Assembly: GCA_001742785.1 (NCBI GenBank)
Contig: MCBF01000001.1
Location: 306,966 to 322,034, forward strand
DNA from: Candidatus Altiarchaeales archaeon IMC4
GTDB lineage: Archaea; Altiarchaeota; Altiarchaeia; IMC4
DNA length: 15,069 nucleotides
Direction: 5' to 3'
In this document: piece after piece, positions 13,827 to 15,069 of the stretch
How the letters are laid out: every line of letters starts with the position of its first letter
Numbering within the stretch: position 1 is the first letter of the stretch
Notes under the pieces: generated by a model
Databases searched by the model: none
Seen by the model: the letters and a program-made list of their open reading frames with translations, nothing else
What the model was told of the DNA's origin: nothing
Translations under genes and position numbers: made by a program

Positions 13827-14786
13827 ATGACAAACAAAATACTAAAAGCAATTACCGACAACCTTGTATATCTGATATTGGCATCCCTCTTAATCGGGCT
13901 TTTTGCAGGGCAGTATGCGTCAGCGGACATAAAAAGCACATTAAAGTCGCTCGTGCTTCCCGTGCTGTTTTTTATGATTTACCCGATGATGATAAATATC
14001 AAAATCGAGGAGGTCTTTAACGCATTCAAGGACATAAAACCTGTTGCATTAAGTTTATTTATAAATTTTATCATATCCCCGTTAATTGCAATCGGAATCG
14101 CAAATGCATTTTTCCATGGCAACCCGATGTATGCTGTTGGGATTTATTTAATAGCGCTGCTTCCGACATCAGGAATGACTGCTGCATGGACAGGGCTTGC
14201 GAAAGGAAACCTGAATACTGCGCTTGTGTTAATTTCGGTTAACCTCCTGCTTTCGATATTCGCACTTCCGGTTTATCTCAACTTTTTGATTGCAGAAGAG
14301 GTTTCGTTTAACCCGATGGAGTTATTCACGAAGTTAATCGAAATAGTGCTTTTGCCTATGATTGCAGGTGATTTGACACGGAGGTTTATCGTTAAAAGAT
14401 ACGGCAAGGAAAAGTTCATGCAATTAAAACCGAATTTTTCAGGCGTAAGCTCACTTGGTGTTTTAATGATTGTGTTTATTGCAATGTGCATGAAAAGCGA
14501 CAAAATTTTATCCGATATTTTCGTATCTGCGATGACGCTAATACCGTTAATCGTATTCTACGGATTGATGCTCGCGACAAGTATTCTAATCGGGAAGTTC
14601 ATGCTTGAAAGAGGCAAGGCAATCGCGCTTACATACTCTACCGGAATGAGGGATTTGTCGGTTGCGATGGCGATAGCGATGTTATCTTTCCCGGAAGCGG
14701 TTTTGCTTATCGCTATGAGTTATATGATCCAGACGCCGCTTGCGGCACTGTATATGAAGTATCTCAGGGGTAAAAGCTCAGAGTAA
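13827..14786 (+). CDS. Acr3 / bile acid:sodium symporter (SBF/BASS) family transporter
   Basis: Multi-pass membrane protein with LFFMIYPMMINI, SLFINFIISPL, LLPTSGMTAAWTGLAKGN and RDLSVAMAIA. Confidence 0.85.
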   Translation: MTNKILKAITDNLVYLILASLLIGLFAGQYASADIKSTLKSLVLPVLFFMIYPMMINIKIEEVFNAFKDIKPVALSLFINFIISPLIAIGIANAFFHGNPMYAVGIYLIALLPTSGMTAAWTGLAKGNLNTALVLISVNLLLSIFALPVYLNFLIAEEVSFNPMELFTKLIEIVLLPMIAGDLTRRFIVKRYGKEKFMQLKPNFSGVSSLGVLMIVFIAMCMKSDKILSDIFVSAMTLIPLIVFYGLMLATSILIGKFMLERGKAIALTYSTGMRDLSVAMAIAMLSFPEAVLLIAMSYMIQTPLAALYMKYLRGKSSE

Positions 14787-14833
14787 TCAAAAATAAAATT
14801 TAAAAAAATAAACAAAAATAGACACAATTAAAA

Positions 14834-15069
14834 ATGGAATTTATAACTATTCTATCGGGATACGCAGTGATTGCAGTTGCATTAATGGTTTTTGGGTTTG
14901 CACATAAAATAATAGAACTTATCTGGCACCGATTGACGATGCAAAGAGAGATGACTCCAAGAACACAGACACCCCACCCAGTCAGGAAACTATCTTATCT
15001 GAAAGCATTTAAAAGAATGAATTATGATTCATTTATGAAATTCTGGGCGAAAGCAAACCCCCCGACATT
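14834..15069 (+). CDS. Membrane protein, truncated by the window edge; possibly NarI/DsrM/HdrE-like cytochrome b subunit
   Basis: Not in the ORF track. MEFITILSGYAVIAVALMVFGFAHKIIELIWHRLTMQREMTPRTQTPTPVRKLSYLKAFKRMNYDSFMKFWAKANPPT is open to the window end, with one N-terminal TM helix. The family guess rests on this layout and the nearby DsrK-like gene; the heme-ligand region is outside the window. Confidence 0.45.
   Translation, partial: MEFITILSGYAVIAVALMVFGFAHKIIELIWHRLTMQREMTPRTQTPHPVRKLSYLKAFKRMNYDSFMKFWAKANPPT

Noticed and set aside
10302..14503. Short minus-strand ORFs in the right-hand cluster
   Set aside because: Antisense shadows of the supported plus-strand genes.

Overview
Two divergent gene clusters, probably from an archaeon (inferred from the split NuoJ/FpoJ1-J2, GGAGGTG-type Shine-Dalgarno sites and TATA-like promoter elements). 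The minus strand (10211->1) carries a NuoEFG-less complex I/Fpo-like operon: A, B, fused CD, H, I, J1, J2, K and an MrpD/NuoL-family antiporter subunit. Its NuoC domain contains an inserted 2x[4Fe-4S] ferredoxin module. Passenger genes are interleaved in the operon, mostly with overlapping or abutting start/stop codons: three YhcG/DUF1016 paralogues (one internally deleted), a Bro-N gene at the left edge that the ORF track missed, a CBS-pair protein, and a 74-codon ORF made mostly of six stacked hairpins. Main observation: each of the four YhcG/Bro-N genes has a 25-31 bp palindrome inside its coding sequence. In the three YhcG copies it lies at the same codon position, and its sequence differs between copies through compensatory changes that keep the dyad symmetry. 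The plus strand (10295->15069) encodes a thioredoxin-CcdA/DsbD-like fusion, an HdrD/DsrK-like Fe-S protein, a DUF302 protein, an Acr3/SBF-family transporter and the start of a probable NarI/DsrM-like membrane protein. All family calls come from motif recognition by eye; no database searches were run.
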